A stretch of DNA of 63,667 nt, the filler included, from Octopus bimaculoides (taxonomy: Eukaryota): NCBI RefSeq assembly GCF_001194135.2. It is 6 parts of 6 records of this genome, joined end to end, with 100 filler letters (N's around TTAATTAATTAA, not from the genome) between each part and the next. Parts side by side here need not be neighbours in the genome. Positions count along the whole stretch, not along the records: positions 4,026 to 21,290 come from NC_068988.1; positions 21,391 to 35,290 come from NC_068989.1; 4 more parts are not named here. One strand, given 5' to 3'. Position numbers and translations under genes: made by a program. This document shows, in pieces, positions 12,111 through 25,560 of the stretch. Positions within the stretch are counted from its first letter, which is position 1; each line of letters begins with the position of its first letter. Under the pieces are notes generated by a model, which made no database searches, was not told where the DNA came from, and saw only the letters and a list, made by a program, of their open reading frames with translations.

Positions 12111-14172
12111 CACTGGGGAACAGAATTTTTCTTCTGGTGCCTGGAATATTTCAACGAATTCTTAAGTGATTTTGGCTGCTAAATTGAAAAATAACAAGTT
12201 TTCTCTATCAGATCTAGTGATTTGACTAGACCTGATACAGCAAGTATTTTATTCAAAGAAGAGGTATATAATATGAAACAATAAATAACGTAACATAAAA
12301 CAAAACAAAGTACAAATAAAAATTCAAACTTGAAAATGCACATCGGCAAAGATTTTTGGCAGAAAATTCAAGGAATAAATTTACTCTTGTTTGTGTACCG
12401 TGACTGTTGAGCAACAAAAGTATCTTGTTTTAAACACCAGCAATAGTCTGCCATCACAGCGTCTCACCGTCCTTGGTACCCAGTTTCCATCTTGACCTCC
12501 TTGTTCATCGCTAACATCTCCGAGATATTCAGGAAATCGATCACGATGACTAAAACAATAATGCATTTTGATGCTCATAATCGCACCAGTATCACGAAAA
12601 GTTGATATCAAGCTGGTAACAAGGTTTTTATATTTTTAAATTTTTGTTTCCGAAAGAATTTTTCCACTACTTCTGCAAAGGCTAGCCAAGCCGATACTTT
12701 GTTTTCGCCGATCGTTTACACGAAATTTGTGTCCTTCGAGAGCTTACAGATCTCTGATCCATCGAAAGTCTCTACTTTAAATTTTTCAATTGTCAAGTCT
12801 TCAGATACACTGTAGATATACTTGAAGCACTCCCCATTTTTTGGCAAGAGCTTTGATGAATTTCTTGATCAATCCAAGAGGGTAAATGGTCTTATCACGC
12901 TCAACTAAATATTCTTCCAATATATTGGAGCCATATTTGTTCGAAGGGGCCAGTTTTTCTTAACATAGTGATTTGCTTGGTGTTACTGTCCCACATGCAA
13001 AGAAAGCCTGGTTATGTGGTATAAAAAGATTGCTGTCCCATGAGAAAATTTACCATCCTTAAGTCAACGCAGATGAAAAATTTATGATAATGATAAAGTA
13101 ACCTCTTATGAACCAACTTAATTTCTTCACGTTTCATTCAGAGTTGCTGAGTGGTCGACTGGGACAGAGCCATACACATTTCCGATGAGCAACAATACAC
13201 ATTTTAAACTACTCTTAGAGTTGTCTATGAAAAGAAGCCGTTCATCTTGTTTGTGTTCCTCACTGCTAAAGTTTATTAAGAAACCCACTGACATCTCTGC
13301 AGTATACCAACTCTTTCCCTTTTGTACCTGGGAGAATAGCTGAGGTATGGTCTAAACTGAAATCTCTTGGTCTCTAGTGTCATCTTCAGGTGATGAATCT
13401 TCTTTGGTTGAGGGTGAAGTTATCTGAGACATGATACTGAAGACAAGAACAGGAAGCCCTTCACTGTATGGAGCTGGTCTAATAGCAGAGGCAAGATTAG
13501 AATAGACAAGCGTTTGTTTTGTTTTCCGGTTAATACCCTTTAAATTTAGGTTACAAAAATAGCAGTCGTCCACGTAATTATAGGGATCCCGCCATACCAT
13601 TGTAGCAGACCTCAAACTTTTCCTTGTCCTTTTAGTCCATTGTTGCACATGTTCTTTACATTGTTTGCAGACACTATGCGCTTCCCAATATTTATCTTGG
13701 TCTCCCAGCTTGACACCAAAATATGCCATATACACTTTTTCAACAAAATCAGTGATGTTTTTTCAATTTCCAGGTAATGTGTATTCCCCACGAACATACC
13801 AAAACGCATTTGGAGAATTAATGCAACACTATCTTGGAAAGGACATCGTACTCATTTTCTATTGCTTAGTTGTCCTCAACATCTAAAAAGTATGGAAAAA
13901 GAATAAAATTTAGAATTAGAATAAAGTAACAAATACTTCGTGCTGAACGTACACACATACATAGTGACTATAGAAGTGTTCAATAACTTAAAATCTAGAT
14001 GTGATAGGTCAAAAAGAAGGTAACATTTTGATGCAGGAGACCGTTTTTGTATAGTAATGATGTCTATTTCCCAAACATCAAACTCCTTGTAGACCAGTAT
14101 AATAGATTCTTTCATATAAGTATTCTTCACTAAAGTCTTGTTATTTTCCAAAATATTTCATACGAAACAGTG
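12111..14172 (-). mobile_element. Chapaev3-like (CMC superfamily) DNA transposon, decayed
   Basis: N-terminal CINSPNAF...YFGVKLGDQDKYWEAHSVCKQC...MVWRD...DDCYFC; C-terminal MSIKMHYCFSHRDRFPEYLGDVSDEQG; taa|CACTG left end. The right end at CAGTG (14168-14172) is uncertain and the family name is from memory. Confidence 0.7.
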
Positions 14173-15437
14173 CAATGCTTATCTATGTGATCATATACTT
14201 TACAAAATCTGTAAAATATACACATTCAGGGCCCTTCAGCATGGCCGTAGTCAAGATAACAGAAACAAGCAAATGTATAAATGAATTACCCTCAATATCG
14301 TTTTACGCTTGTAAATACATTTCCGACGGCCATTTGTATACAAATAAGAAGCTTGTGTTTTATGTGAGTTGTACAGTATTTCTAATTATAAGTAAATTAT
14401 ATATTCATGACTTTAGTAAAAATGCCATATTATACAAATCTTACATTTCTCCGAATATGTCTTACACAACAAGAAATAAGAAGCAAAATCTATTTTTCTA
14501 TACGTAGTTAATTAAAATCTGGAGGACAGTTTATTGCAAGACTAAATTCTTTTATGTGATTTGTAATATATATAAGAGATCGTATTCATAATTTGGGAAC
14601 TTTTTCGAAGTAGCAATAAAAATATTTGCTTCTATCAAAATCTGCATTAAGCAGGTCACATGAAACGACAGAATGATACTTAACATATCAAACTATCAAA
14701 TGGTTCCTTTTCAGCTGCAGAAGAACAAACTATACAATACACTAAAGGGCTTTAGAAATCTGTATATTCACTATTCCTGCCTCATTTACTCCAAAGAAAA
14801 ATGTGATTAGGTGAACGAATATGAAACAGAGATCTTCATTTTCTTATTACCTTGGCTTAATGCCATAGTTGTATACTCAAAAGCTGCTCAGTCGGAACAA
14901 TGCTCTCTTGCAAGGGTAAAATGCTTTCGTAGGAAGATAACCTAATTTTACTTCAAAATTGGCTAAGATATCAGTAGACTGTTGACACATTTTCTTTTAG
15001 TTCTGTTTATCCGAGTTTATTTTCGAAGGTTATTAATATATCGGTATTAGCTACAAGGGTGACATATTTTCGTTTAACAGTACGGTTCAAGGAATAAAAA
15101 AAGAGATATACTGCGGGGAAGAGAAAGTTCTAGATAAACATAATTTGCTAAAGCGAGTACAAAGTTTCCAGTAGTATGCTTTTTAATATATTATTATTAT
15201 TATTCTTTTTTATTAACTCAGATATTTAAAGAAAGTAGATTGAAGCTGAACGTACACCTACTACTAGACAATGTAAAAGAAATTTGTCAGATAAGTAAGA
15301 CAACAGCAACAAATGAAATTGGAGCAATGCTTGAGAGATTAATTCAAATATCATGCTAAAACGTAAATTTTCTTTTTAAACAAACAACACAAATTATATC
15401 TAACTTTACGCTCCCCTCCCTCTTGCTCAATATATAG

Positions 15438-15660
15438 TCTTTCTTTTACTTGTTTCAATCATTTGAATCCGGCAATGCTGCAGCACCGCATTGACGGGCT
15501 TTAGTCGAATGAATCGACTCCAGTAATTATCTCTTTTGGAAGACTGCTACTTATTCTGTGCGACACTTATTCCCGAACCGCTAATTTAAGGGGACGTAAA
15601 CCCACCAACACAGATTGTTAGGCAGTGTTGGTGGGGAACAAACAGACACAAAGACACACA
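15438..15660 (-). mobile_element. SINE family B (CORE-type) 3' half
   Basis: Reverse complement of the tail found at 59400-59607. Confidence 0.8.
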
Positions 15661-15667
15661 CTCTAAG

Positions 15668-15769
<102 letters not shown>

Positions 15770-16195
15770 NNNNNNNNNNNNNNNNNNNNNNNNNNNNNNN
15801 NNNNNNNNNNNNNNNNNNNNNNNNNNNNNNNNNNNNNNNNNNNNNNNNNNNNNNNNNNNNNNNNNNNNNNNNNNNNNNNNNNNNNNNNNNNNNNNNNNNN
15901 NNNNNNNNNNNNNNNNNNNNNNNNNNNNNNNNNNNNNNNNNNNNNNNNNNNNNNNNNNNNNNNNNNNNNNNNNNNNNNNNNNNNNNNNNNNNNNNNNNNN
16001 NNNNNNNNNNNNNNNNNNNNNNNNNNNNNNNNNNNNNNNNNNNNNNNNNNNNNNNNNNNNNNNNNNNNNNNNNNNNNNNNNNNNNNNNNNNNNNNNNNNN
16101 NNNNNNNNNNNNNNNNNNNNNNNNNNNNNNNNNNNNNNNNNNNNNNNNNNNNNNNNNNNNNNNNNNNNNNNNNNNNNNNNNNNNNNNNNNNNNNN

Positions 16196-16233
<38 letters not shown>

Positions 16234-16389
16234 GTGTGTAGCGTATTCGCTTTTCATGAGAAAACGGCTTCACCAATTGCATGCATACTTGTGATGCATG
16301 AATAATTTGACCTCGGATATACGTTAGGTGTTATATTTATGATACACGTCATTAAAAACTTTTCTCAATATCAACTTCTGTTATCGCCG

Positions 16390-17311
16390 TAAAGTAGCGA
16401 GGAATTACGTTAGTTTTAACAGGAGACTTCAGACAGATATTACCAGTCATTTCGAGATGAATAAGATCTGATGAAATAAAAGCATGCAATAAGGCTTAAC
16501 ACCTATGGAATAAAGTATTACAATTCCCCTTCAATAATAATATCCGAGCTTTATTATATGGGGACAATGCGCAAAACATTTTTCAACGTAGCTCCTCCAA
16601 TTAGAAAATGGGAACGTACCGTTTGAGGGGAATGGTCATATCAGTTTGGTTCATATTCCTATCGTGGTGAATTCCCCAACTGAATTGAAGAACAGGGTCT
16701 TTCCAAACTTAACTAATAATTATAATTCAGATAAATGTTTGGGGGAAAGGGCAATTCTTGCTCCAAATAATAAGACAGTAGCATGGATTAACCATGAATT
16801 AATTAATAAGATTCCAACAGTCATTAAGAAGTACACCACACTTGATTCTGTCCTTGACGAAAATCAAGCTGTCCATTACACAACAGAGTTCCTTATTTCC
16901 CTTGAGCCACCTGGAATGCCTTCACATACACTTTTTCTGAAGATAAGAGTCCGAAAAATGCTTCTAAGAAATTTAGATCATCCTAAATAATGCAATGACA
17001 CAAGGTGCATTGTGAAGACATTATCACCTACTGCAACATAATCACTGGATGTGCCACCGGGAAAGAAGTTTTCATTCCAAGTATTCCAATCAAACCAACA
17101 CACATGCCATTCGAGGTACAATTCCCAATGCGACTTTGTTTTGCAATGTCTATTAAAACAGCTCAAGGTCAGTTTTTGAAAACTACTAGCTTGCTTTTCA
17201 CACGATCAACTTTGTATTGGTTTCTCCAGGGTAGGTAGTTTGCAAGACTTAATTGTCTATGCTCCAAACCAGAAAGCAAAGAATGTTGTTTGCACGGAAG
17301 CTCTTGCGTAG
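16390..17311 (+). mobile_element. Helitron RepHel PIF1-like helicase C-terminal fragment, decayed
   Basis: LTGDFRQILPVI, ERAILAPNN, TEFLISLEPPGMPSH, MLLRNLD, QFPMRLCFAMSIKTAQGQ, with stops and frameshifts. Confidence 0.9.
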
Positions 17312-17375
17312 TGTCCTTCAACATATGTGGTAGAAATTATCTCATTTCATACAAGTGGTAAATTTTGTATTTTCG

Positions 17376-17376
<1 letters not shown>

Positions 17377-17466
<90 letters not shown>
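17377..17466. repeat. (TAT)n microsatellite
   Basis: About 30 perfect units. Confidence 0.95.
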
Positions 17467-17467
<1 letters not shown>

Positions 17468-19987
17468 GTGAGACAATATGACGTTAGTGAGATACATACA
17501 GTAACAGTTTGAAGAAAGAAGCTATTGGAATAAAAATGATTCACAGGAAACTAAACAGAGAAACGAGTTACCTGAGAAGAGAAGCTAGTTACATGTTTAA
17601 GGTTACTAGACCAGTATGTCCATTAGAGTCAGTACCATGCACATTATTATAGAAAAGAGAAAAGACATGACAAAAGTACATGCATATACAATCAAAAACA
17701 CACATACGTAGCTGTGTATGTATATTCTGCATTATTTTAAAACAGAAAAATAACAAGCATCCTGGATAATGTACCTTCTCTTAAAAATACAAAATCTATC
17801 AACTTTTACAACAGCGAGAAGAAATTCGACAACTTTGTGAAGGCAAATACATTGATTTGTTTCTTATGCATCAGACTATCCAATAATCAGTACAATTATG
17901 TAGACGAAATAAATAATTCATTCTCTTTGCGATTACGAGATTGTTACTGTTACTTTTCATTGCTTAATTTTAGCTTATACATAGCCGTAAACTAGAAAAC
18001 AGTGCAGCATATTGCATCCATTACTACGCATGGAAATAATTCAAGTAAACCACATTGATTATTTACTCAGTATCATATAATATATTTAAGTAATATTTGA
18101 TAAATGAATATTTATAATCAAAATTTTAAAAAGTTACAACACATCACCTTTACTAATATATTTGCTGATTTCTACGCCACATGTACCAATCATGGTGCAA
18201 TTACGAGTGTGTTAATTTCTATTTGAATAATTGTTTGTGTATGGAAGTAAATATATTCAACGAAGAAAAATATTTCGAAATAGGTCAAAATTGTAAAATT
18301 CAAATAGAAAATATATAATAAAATATTCTGTGAGGTAACTTCATTCAAATTTTTCTTGAGCATAATCTCTTAAAAGCATGGACAGAGGAAGATAGTGTGA
18401 CGATGCAATATAATTATCCAGTTCAAATGTCAAGAGAGCTCTATTACTTAAATACATGGAGGCTGCATTATATTGTTTTTAAATAATTCTAATAGTATAC
18501 GGTTCATTGAGTGCAGCAGTAGCACGATATACTAAATTACACTTAATGTAGTTTAACAGTGTACAGATTTCAGTTACAATGATATGTCGATGAAAGTTCG
18601 ATGCGATACATGAAAGTTGTATTATATCACTCTTAATAGTACTTGTTCACTGAGAAAACCAGTTCTCTTTCTATGATCTACACATTTCATTTCCCTTTTT
18701 CTTTATCCTTCATTTGTCTCTTGGCTAGAAGACTGCTGATTGTGTATTAGTTATTTACCGAACTGATTATTACTGAAATGTACATATTAAAAGTGTCCTG
18801 CTGTCATTCTGAGGCAAATTTACGTAAAATCAATTGACAATAGTCAGAAAACGATATATACTGCCCTTCTATATTCGTGTAACCCTTTGAATCTGCAATA
18901 AAACTGTAGGCTTTATGCAAGAAACCACACACACTCACACACAAACACGCACATACTGAGAAACAGAAAGACAGAATTATGGAGAGAGATAGGTATGTAA
19001 TTCTATATCTACTTATAGATTTAAATAACATTCTATTCACCTATATAACTCTGTATTTATTCATTCGCCCACCTGTATATCTCTAACGTTACATCTAGAA
19101 TGACTCTGCTAATAAGCATTCAATATAAATGAAGATGTATATGATGTAATATATTAAAGTAATAATCATGTTTTCTGCTATACAATAGATGTCTCGCATC
19201 ATTACAAATGTTATCTATACTGACAATTCATAGCTTTTAAGAATTAAAATACACATGTATGTCAAAACGAAAATTTTGATTTTGATTTATATTTTTCGGG
19301 GTAGTCGGCGTTACATATCTTCAATTGAATTAACATCTATAATAATAGAAGCTTACACATGTTAGTAACCAAAATTATGAGAATTCAAAACAAATGCGAG
19401 ATTATGTTTAGATAATTACTTATGTATTTCGATACAGCATACACATGATGGTTGACCTATAAGTAGTCGATATATAATTGCTTACGGAAAAGATCACACG
19501 AGGAATGAACATAATTGCATTGAATTTTAATCTTATAAATGTGAATAGTTTGATTAACACTTGTTATTAATGTTAACTTATGCACATGAAGAAAATCGAT
19601 AAAAACGAAACACCTAATTATGCATTATTATTGTTAAGAAACTAATACAAGTTCAGTCAATCAGAAATTCTCATACAATAGTGGCAGTGTGATACAATGG
19701 AATATGAAACATGATAATTCAAATCATCTGAGTTATATGCAATAATATTTAGGAATTAAGACTTTGAGTGTGACATTTGAGAAAAAAAATGTGTTAATAG
19801 ATCTTTTAAAAATTCCAATGCATAAATGAATATATTACTAGTAAGTCATAAATATATATCTCTGCCTTCTTTTTCTTTCTCTCTTTCAATATGCCTCCAA
19901 ACACGCATGCACAGGCGCACGCACACACGCACACACACACACACACATACAAACACACACATATATATATATAGCGAGAGAGAGAGA

Positions 19988-21273
19988 AAGGGGGTTTGGA
20001 CGAAATAATGGAAGCACCTTAGAATTTCAAACAAATTTATTTTAACATGGGGCAGGACCGCCTTTGTCAGTATTTACACCTTGAATTCTACGAGACAGGA
20101 TCTCGTACATCGTTGGAATTCTTTCCAAAGGATATTTGTCCATTCTTCAGTTAAAACAGTCTCCAGTTCTTGTAGAGATGATGGTGGAGGATATCGACTC
20201 CTTACATGTTTTTTTTTCTAAAATGCACCATAAATGTTCAATAATATTGGGAACTGGGGACTCCTGTGGCCTTATAAGTTGTTCAACTTCACTAGAACGA
20301 TCCCCGTGCCATTCAGTGACAATTTTAGCCGTGTGAATTGTTGCATTATCATCCTGAAAGATTGCGTTTCCCTACGAAAACAGTTCCGCAAACATAGGAT
20401 GAATTTGATCAGATAAAATGCTTAAGTAGTGTTCACTATTAATTCTGCCATGAAGGGAAACATTTGGGTCAGCGGATTTCCAAGATATAATCCCCCAACC
20501 CCAGATCATCACAGGTCCTCCATGTTTAACAGATGGAAGAAAGCAGTCTGAGTCAAATGTTTCTTTTGGCTGTCTCCACACGTTTATTCGGCCGGTGGTC
20601 GGAAATAATGGAAAGGATGACTCGACCGAGAAAATATTATCATTCCACTGCTCTAGGGACCAAATCTGTAGGTTTTCACTCCACTCCAAACGCTTGCCAA
20701 AGTTTGCTTTTTAAAGTAGTATTTTTTTGATTGCAGCCCTCCCGTGAAATCTGGCTTTGTGCGGCTCTTGGCCAACAGCTTTTGGGGAAACTGGGTTCTC
20801 GAGGTGGTCATTAAGCTGTGCAGTAATTTTGGTAGTTGTAGTTTTGTGATCCTTTATTACAATTCGCGTAAGACTCCGACGGTCTCTATCTGAAGGTTTT
20901 GGTTTTCTACTGGAGTTTCGTTCCGAAGAGGAATTTTTTTTCCTTCTAGCCAATGCTGTCAATACTTTTGAGACAGCATTTCTAGATATACCAAATATTT
21001 TGTCTGTTTTCCTTACGCTAGCGCCTGCCAGATGAGCACCAACAATTTGACCTCTTTTCAAGTCTGATAGATCTGTCATTTTAATGCATTTTAATTACCT
21101 TTTCTGATGATATCTGAAAAGATACAGCAATTGTAGCAAAACATATTAAGCAAAGCTAAAAATAAATAAATAAAAAGACATAAAAATAAACAAGCTTTTG
21201 ACGGTTTTATATATATTTCAAAATTATGATGCTATGATGCTAGGTGTTTTCATTGTTTTGTCCAACCTATGTA
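19988..21273 (-). mobile_element. Near full-length Tc1-family transposon, DD36E (Incomer-like), pseudogenised
   Basis: ~30-bp TIRs (ggtttggacgaaataatggaagcacct / aggtgttttcattgttttgtccaacc) with TA at the right end; MTDLSDLKRGQIVGAHLAGASV, VKHGGPVMIWG, FQDDNA...PNIIE with 36 residues between D and E. Confidence 0.9.
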
Positions 21274-21496
21274 TATATATATATATATATNNNNNNNNNN
21301 NNNNNNNNNNNNNNNNNNNNNNNNNNNNNNNNNNTTAATTAATTAANNNNNNNNNNNNNNNNNNNNNNNNNNNNNNNNNNNNNNNNNNNNTCTTCTTCTT
21401 CTTCTTTATTTTCCTATTTTTTTTCTTCAACTCCACCTAAAGCTTCTATTTCTTGCTTCTGTCTTGTTTTCCTTCTCTTCTCCAGCAACAAAAGTG

Positions 21497-21660
21497 ATAG
21501 TGGTGGTGGTGGTGGTGGTGCTGGTGCTGGTGGTGGTGGTGGTGGTGCTGGTGCTAGTAGAAGTAGTAGCAGCAACAGTAGAGGTATTTGAAACAACAAT
21601 TGTTACAGTAGTAGAAGTAGTAGTAGTAGTGGTAGTGGTGGCGGTTGTGGTGATGCTGTA
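21497..21660. repeat. Compound (GGT)/(AGT) trinucleotide low-complexity tract
   Basis: Explains the poly-T/V/P ORFs in the track. Confidence 0.9.
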
Positions 21661-22125
21661 GCAATCTGCCTTAAGCCCGCCCTTCATCAACTTCATTATT
21701 ATCGTTACAATTATTATTGATTATATATTTTATTTGCATTTGGATGGTTGCCAGGCGTTCACTGCACTCTGTCAGCTGGCCCACGTTATTAGTGGGTGGA
21801 AAAGTTAACTCTCACATTCTACTGATGATGTGCAATACGATGGGCTGGGATAGATTCTGTGCGTTGACGAGTACAATTTCAGTAGTATCTCGTAGAGGTC
21901 TTTCAGGTCAGATACTAATAGATAATTTGTGGAAAAAATAATCATTGGCATGCTAGTGCTACAAGAAGGCATTACTTGTTCAAAATGTCCTTAGAAATTA
22001 AAACTTAATATCTTACGAGACGAAGAAAACGTAGTGTAGTGAATTACTGAAGGAATTATAGGCTGAAAAAAAAAACAAAGGCTGAAAAATCTTTCGTTAT
22101 AGATCTGTTCTATCAGGTCTCTGTC

Positions 22126-22508
22126 GAGGCGCAATGGGCCAGTGGTTAGGGCAGCGGTCTCGCGGTCATAGGATCGCAGTTTCGATTCCCAGACCGGGCG
22201 TTGTGAGTGTTTATTGAGCGAAAACACCTAAAGCTCCATGAGGCTCTGGCAGAGGAGGGTGGTGAACCCTGCTGTATTCATTCACCACAACCTTCTCTCA
22301 CTCTTACTTCCTGTTTCTGTTGTGCCTGTAATTCAAAGGATCAGCCTTGTCACATTGTGTCACGCTGAATATCCCCGAGAACTACGTTAAGAGTACACGT
22401 GTCTGTGGAATGCTCGGCCACTTGCACGTTAATTTCACGAGCAGGCTATTCCGTTGATCGGATCAACTGGAAGTCTTGACGTCGTAAGTGACAGAGTGCC
22501 CACCACCA
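22126..22508 (+). mobile_element. SINE family C (tRNA-derived, ~380 bp)
   Basis: A box tgggccagtgg, B box gtttcgattccc; body matches 26319-26687 and 33100-33470. Confidence 0.9.
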
Positions 22509-22593
22509 TATCACATATAATACACAGGGTATATTTCTCTGATGCACATTCCCTACAGGATAATTTGGACTTTTGAAAAGATAGCTTTACCTT

Positions 22594-23022
22594 GAGTTCA
22601 AATTTTGCACAAGGCCAGCAACTTTGTGGCTGGAGATATGTTGATCAAATCTTCCCCTTTGCTTAACAAATACTTATTTTATCGACCCCAAAAGGATGAA
22701 AGGCAAATCGATCTCGGCAGAATTTGAACTCAGAACGTAAACACGGACGAAATGACACTAAGCATTTCGCCCGGTGTGTTAACAACTTTGCCGTCTCGCC
22801 AACTTTGGTTTCAAATATTGGCACAGGGCCCGCAATTTCGGGTGCAGGAGATAAGTTGATCAAATATGCACCTTTGCTTAACAAATACTTATTTTATCGA
22901 CCCTAAAAGGATGAAAGGCAAAGTCGACCTTTTGCTGAATTTGAATTCAGAACATAGAGATAGACAAAATACCTCTAAGCATTTCGCCCACTGTGCAAAC
23001 AATTTTGCCAGCTCGCCCCCTT
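22594..23022 (-). mobile_element. Two tandem SINE family A copies
   Basis: Two units (22594-22800, 22805-23022), each with tail, ggatgaaaggcaaa core and tRNA-like head. Confidence 0.85.
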
Positions 23023-23879
23023 AAAGGAAAGATACATATTACTCAGAACGAATGGTGGAATTGTTGACAAAAAGTCCGAAAAAAGTCCGGACGTTTAGGA
23101 CAAACTTATGAAAATGTTTTGATCAGGCAAAGAGTTAACAACGTCAATCGAGATATTCTAAACAATAAAATGTCTTTTTTCCTTTGGTAAATGGCCTGGT
23201 AATAATAGTTAATGATATTGATGCCTTTTTGCGAAGAGAGTTTTGGTAGTAAGGTACTTAGATTTGTGTCGAACTTGTCGATGTTTACCCCCAGTTCAGC
23301 CATGTTGGAGCGGATATATGATTAACCAGTAGACAGTGGGAATGGTTTAAATGAATGTGCGTGCCAAACGGGCAAAAAAAATCCCTCTTTTTCTTACGGG
23401 TAAATTTTATAGTTTTTTTTTCACTTTATATGAGTACAAAAACTATTAAGATTGTTAGTCTCACGCAAAGGAAAATTTACAGTTTCATTATCAAAACGTG
23501 CCGTAAAAAATTCGCTTTCCTTTGCATCCGGCGAGAGCATAAATTCATATAATATTCGCTGTTTTACAAATGTACATCCATTGATGATCAATTGACGATG
23601 TCCTTTGTTCTCTAATGAAACATTAGTTGATGATGTCTACCGTTTGAGTTAAAGATATACCACATATGTACGTCTTTAAAAAAATGAGTGATGTATTAAA
23701 TTATATAGTTTTAGAATATTAGCCCTAAAATACACCTGCGAAGACCCAGCTGAAAGACTATTGAATATCGCAATTGTTCTTCAAAAGCCTGGAAACCACA
23801 AAAGAGAGTCATTTTATTTACTTTTTACACTAACCTAACATTTCTTTTTGCTTTTTCTTTTATTAAAATATAGAAACCT

Positions 23880-24095
23880 TTTATGTGTCTCTTTTTGACC
23901 GAAGAGACTATTAGATGTTACACATCGATGGTCACAATACGCTTTGCATCTTTTTAGCCTTCGAATGACGCCATTCCGCTGGTTAGGCAAGCAGGCCAAC
24001 ATTCTTCATCGATCAAAAGGAACAGTGTAAAATGAAGTGTTTTTCTCAAAAACACAACGCCCTGCCCGGTCTCAGATTGGAACACACGATATGAT
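23880..24095 (-). mobile_element. Decayed CORE-like SINE fragment
   Basis: Minus strand gcgttgtgtttttgagaaaacacttc resembles the CORE gttgtgtccttgagcaaggcact motif. Confidence 0.4.
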
Positions 24096-24520
24096 TTTTT
24101 TCCAGTTTCTATAATGAGTGAATACATTAGGACAGGTTTATTGATAATTTTAATTGTTTGACTTCAGAAACTAATACCATAATGTCTTATTTTACGTGTA
24201 CTTCCGGTGCAAAACTTATATTCGATGCATAAAACAAAAGCAATTTGAACAGAAAAGTGTTTTTTTTTTTTGGTAACGGCTTTTGAGAAGACAAAAAACA
24301 ACATTTAGTCTGTTGTTTGACCCCAAAACATGATTATTTGCGGTGTCAGAAACTGCACCCTTTGAAATGGTATGTAAACGTTGCCTGATATCTTACAAAA
24401 ACAGGAGTTTGACCCCTACTACGTTATTAGCACCCTCGAATGAAAATATCTGAAACATTCTGATATTGGTCTGCTTTTGAACTGTTACCTCTCAACATAT
24501 TTGAAATAAGAATTGCTTTT

Positions 24521-24950
24521 AAATGTTGGCACAAGACCAGTAACTATGGGGAGAGGGGTAAGTAGATTACACTGATCCCAGTTCTCAACTGGTACTTATT
24601 TTATCGACCCCGAAAGGTGGGAAGCAAAGTCTACCTCGGCGGAATTTGAATCCAACATAAAGGCGGTCGAAATGCCTCTAAGCATTTTGCCCGATGGGCT
24701 AACGGTTCTGCCACCTTACATTTGAAATAAATATTGGTTTGAAATTTTGGCACAAGGCCAGAAGTTTCGAGGAAGGCCTAAATCTGTTACATCGACCCCA
24801 GTGTTCAACTGATATTTATTTTATCGACCCTGAAAGAGACAAAGGCAGAGTTGTCCTCGGCGGAATTTGAACTTAGAAATTAAAGACGGACCAAACGCCG
24901 CTTAGCATTTTTGTTCCTGTGGGGGAAAGATTCATCCAATTCGTTACCTT
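24521..24950 (-). mobile_element. Two tandem SINE family A copies
   Basis: Units at about 24521-24716 and 24735-24950. Confidence 0.85.
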
Positions 24951-24987
24951 AATACATTTGAAGTACATATTATCACCCATTCTTAGT

Positions 24988-25560
24988 TCGCTCTGGCTTT
25001 GACTGACCTAACACAATCGCTCAGACGGAATCTTCGCATACATGTCCACAACGAATTTGATGATCTGAATGTGTCTGTCTTCTTGTATGACCACAATTCT
25101 GGAAACAGTCATCATGGACAAACACATTTTTGCAATCACATTTCCATTTCTAACAGAACTATCGATACTAACCATCTTAAATTATGTAATGATATTTGCG
25201 GCGGTATTCATAGGGGCTGTGTTGAACCGGCTCCGACCAAAGGATTCATTACATCTTTTACAAATGATGAACACATCCAATGGTCAGACCCAACGTTCTA
25301 GCAGACACACTGACGCTTCTGCCTCCGGCTCAAAACAACACCTTGTACATTTGTCTAATGCCCCACTGGGAGAGCAAGCATGTTGGATAGTTCGGATGCC
25401 GTAGCTGTAGTCGTTGTTCGTTGTTGAGGTGCAGAGTTTATGTTCGGAGTTTCGATGGAAGTAAAAGTTCACTTGAGATTCCCCATCATATGCATACACT
25501 CTTTGAGATAGTATGATGCGTTGCACCCCATCTTGTCATTGATTACCTACCGTTGTAGAA
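24988..25560 (+). pseudogene. Probable class A GPCR pseudogene (TM2-TM4 recognisable)
   Basis: FALALTDL (TM2-like), then a frameshift to MTTILETVIMDKHIFAITFPF (TM3/ICL2; KH in place of ER) and NYVMIFAAVFIGAVLNRLRP (TM4-like). Stops and frameshifts present; the 3' extent is uncertain. Confidence 0.5.

Noticed and set aside
22126-22200. tRNA gene (also 8511, 26319, 33400, 38500, 54682, 59030)
   Set aside because: A/B boxes run into SINE bodies and no complete cloverleaf with acceptor stem is evident; these are SINE heads.
23106-23303. 65-aa ORF MAELGVNIDKFDT
   Set aside because: No recognisable domain; possibly transposon debris.
25284-25526. Minus-strand Cys-containing 80-aa ORF
   Set aside because: It is antisense to the hydrophobic plus-strand frame and best explained as a shadow ORF.
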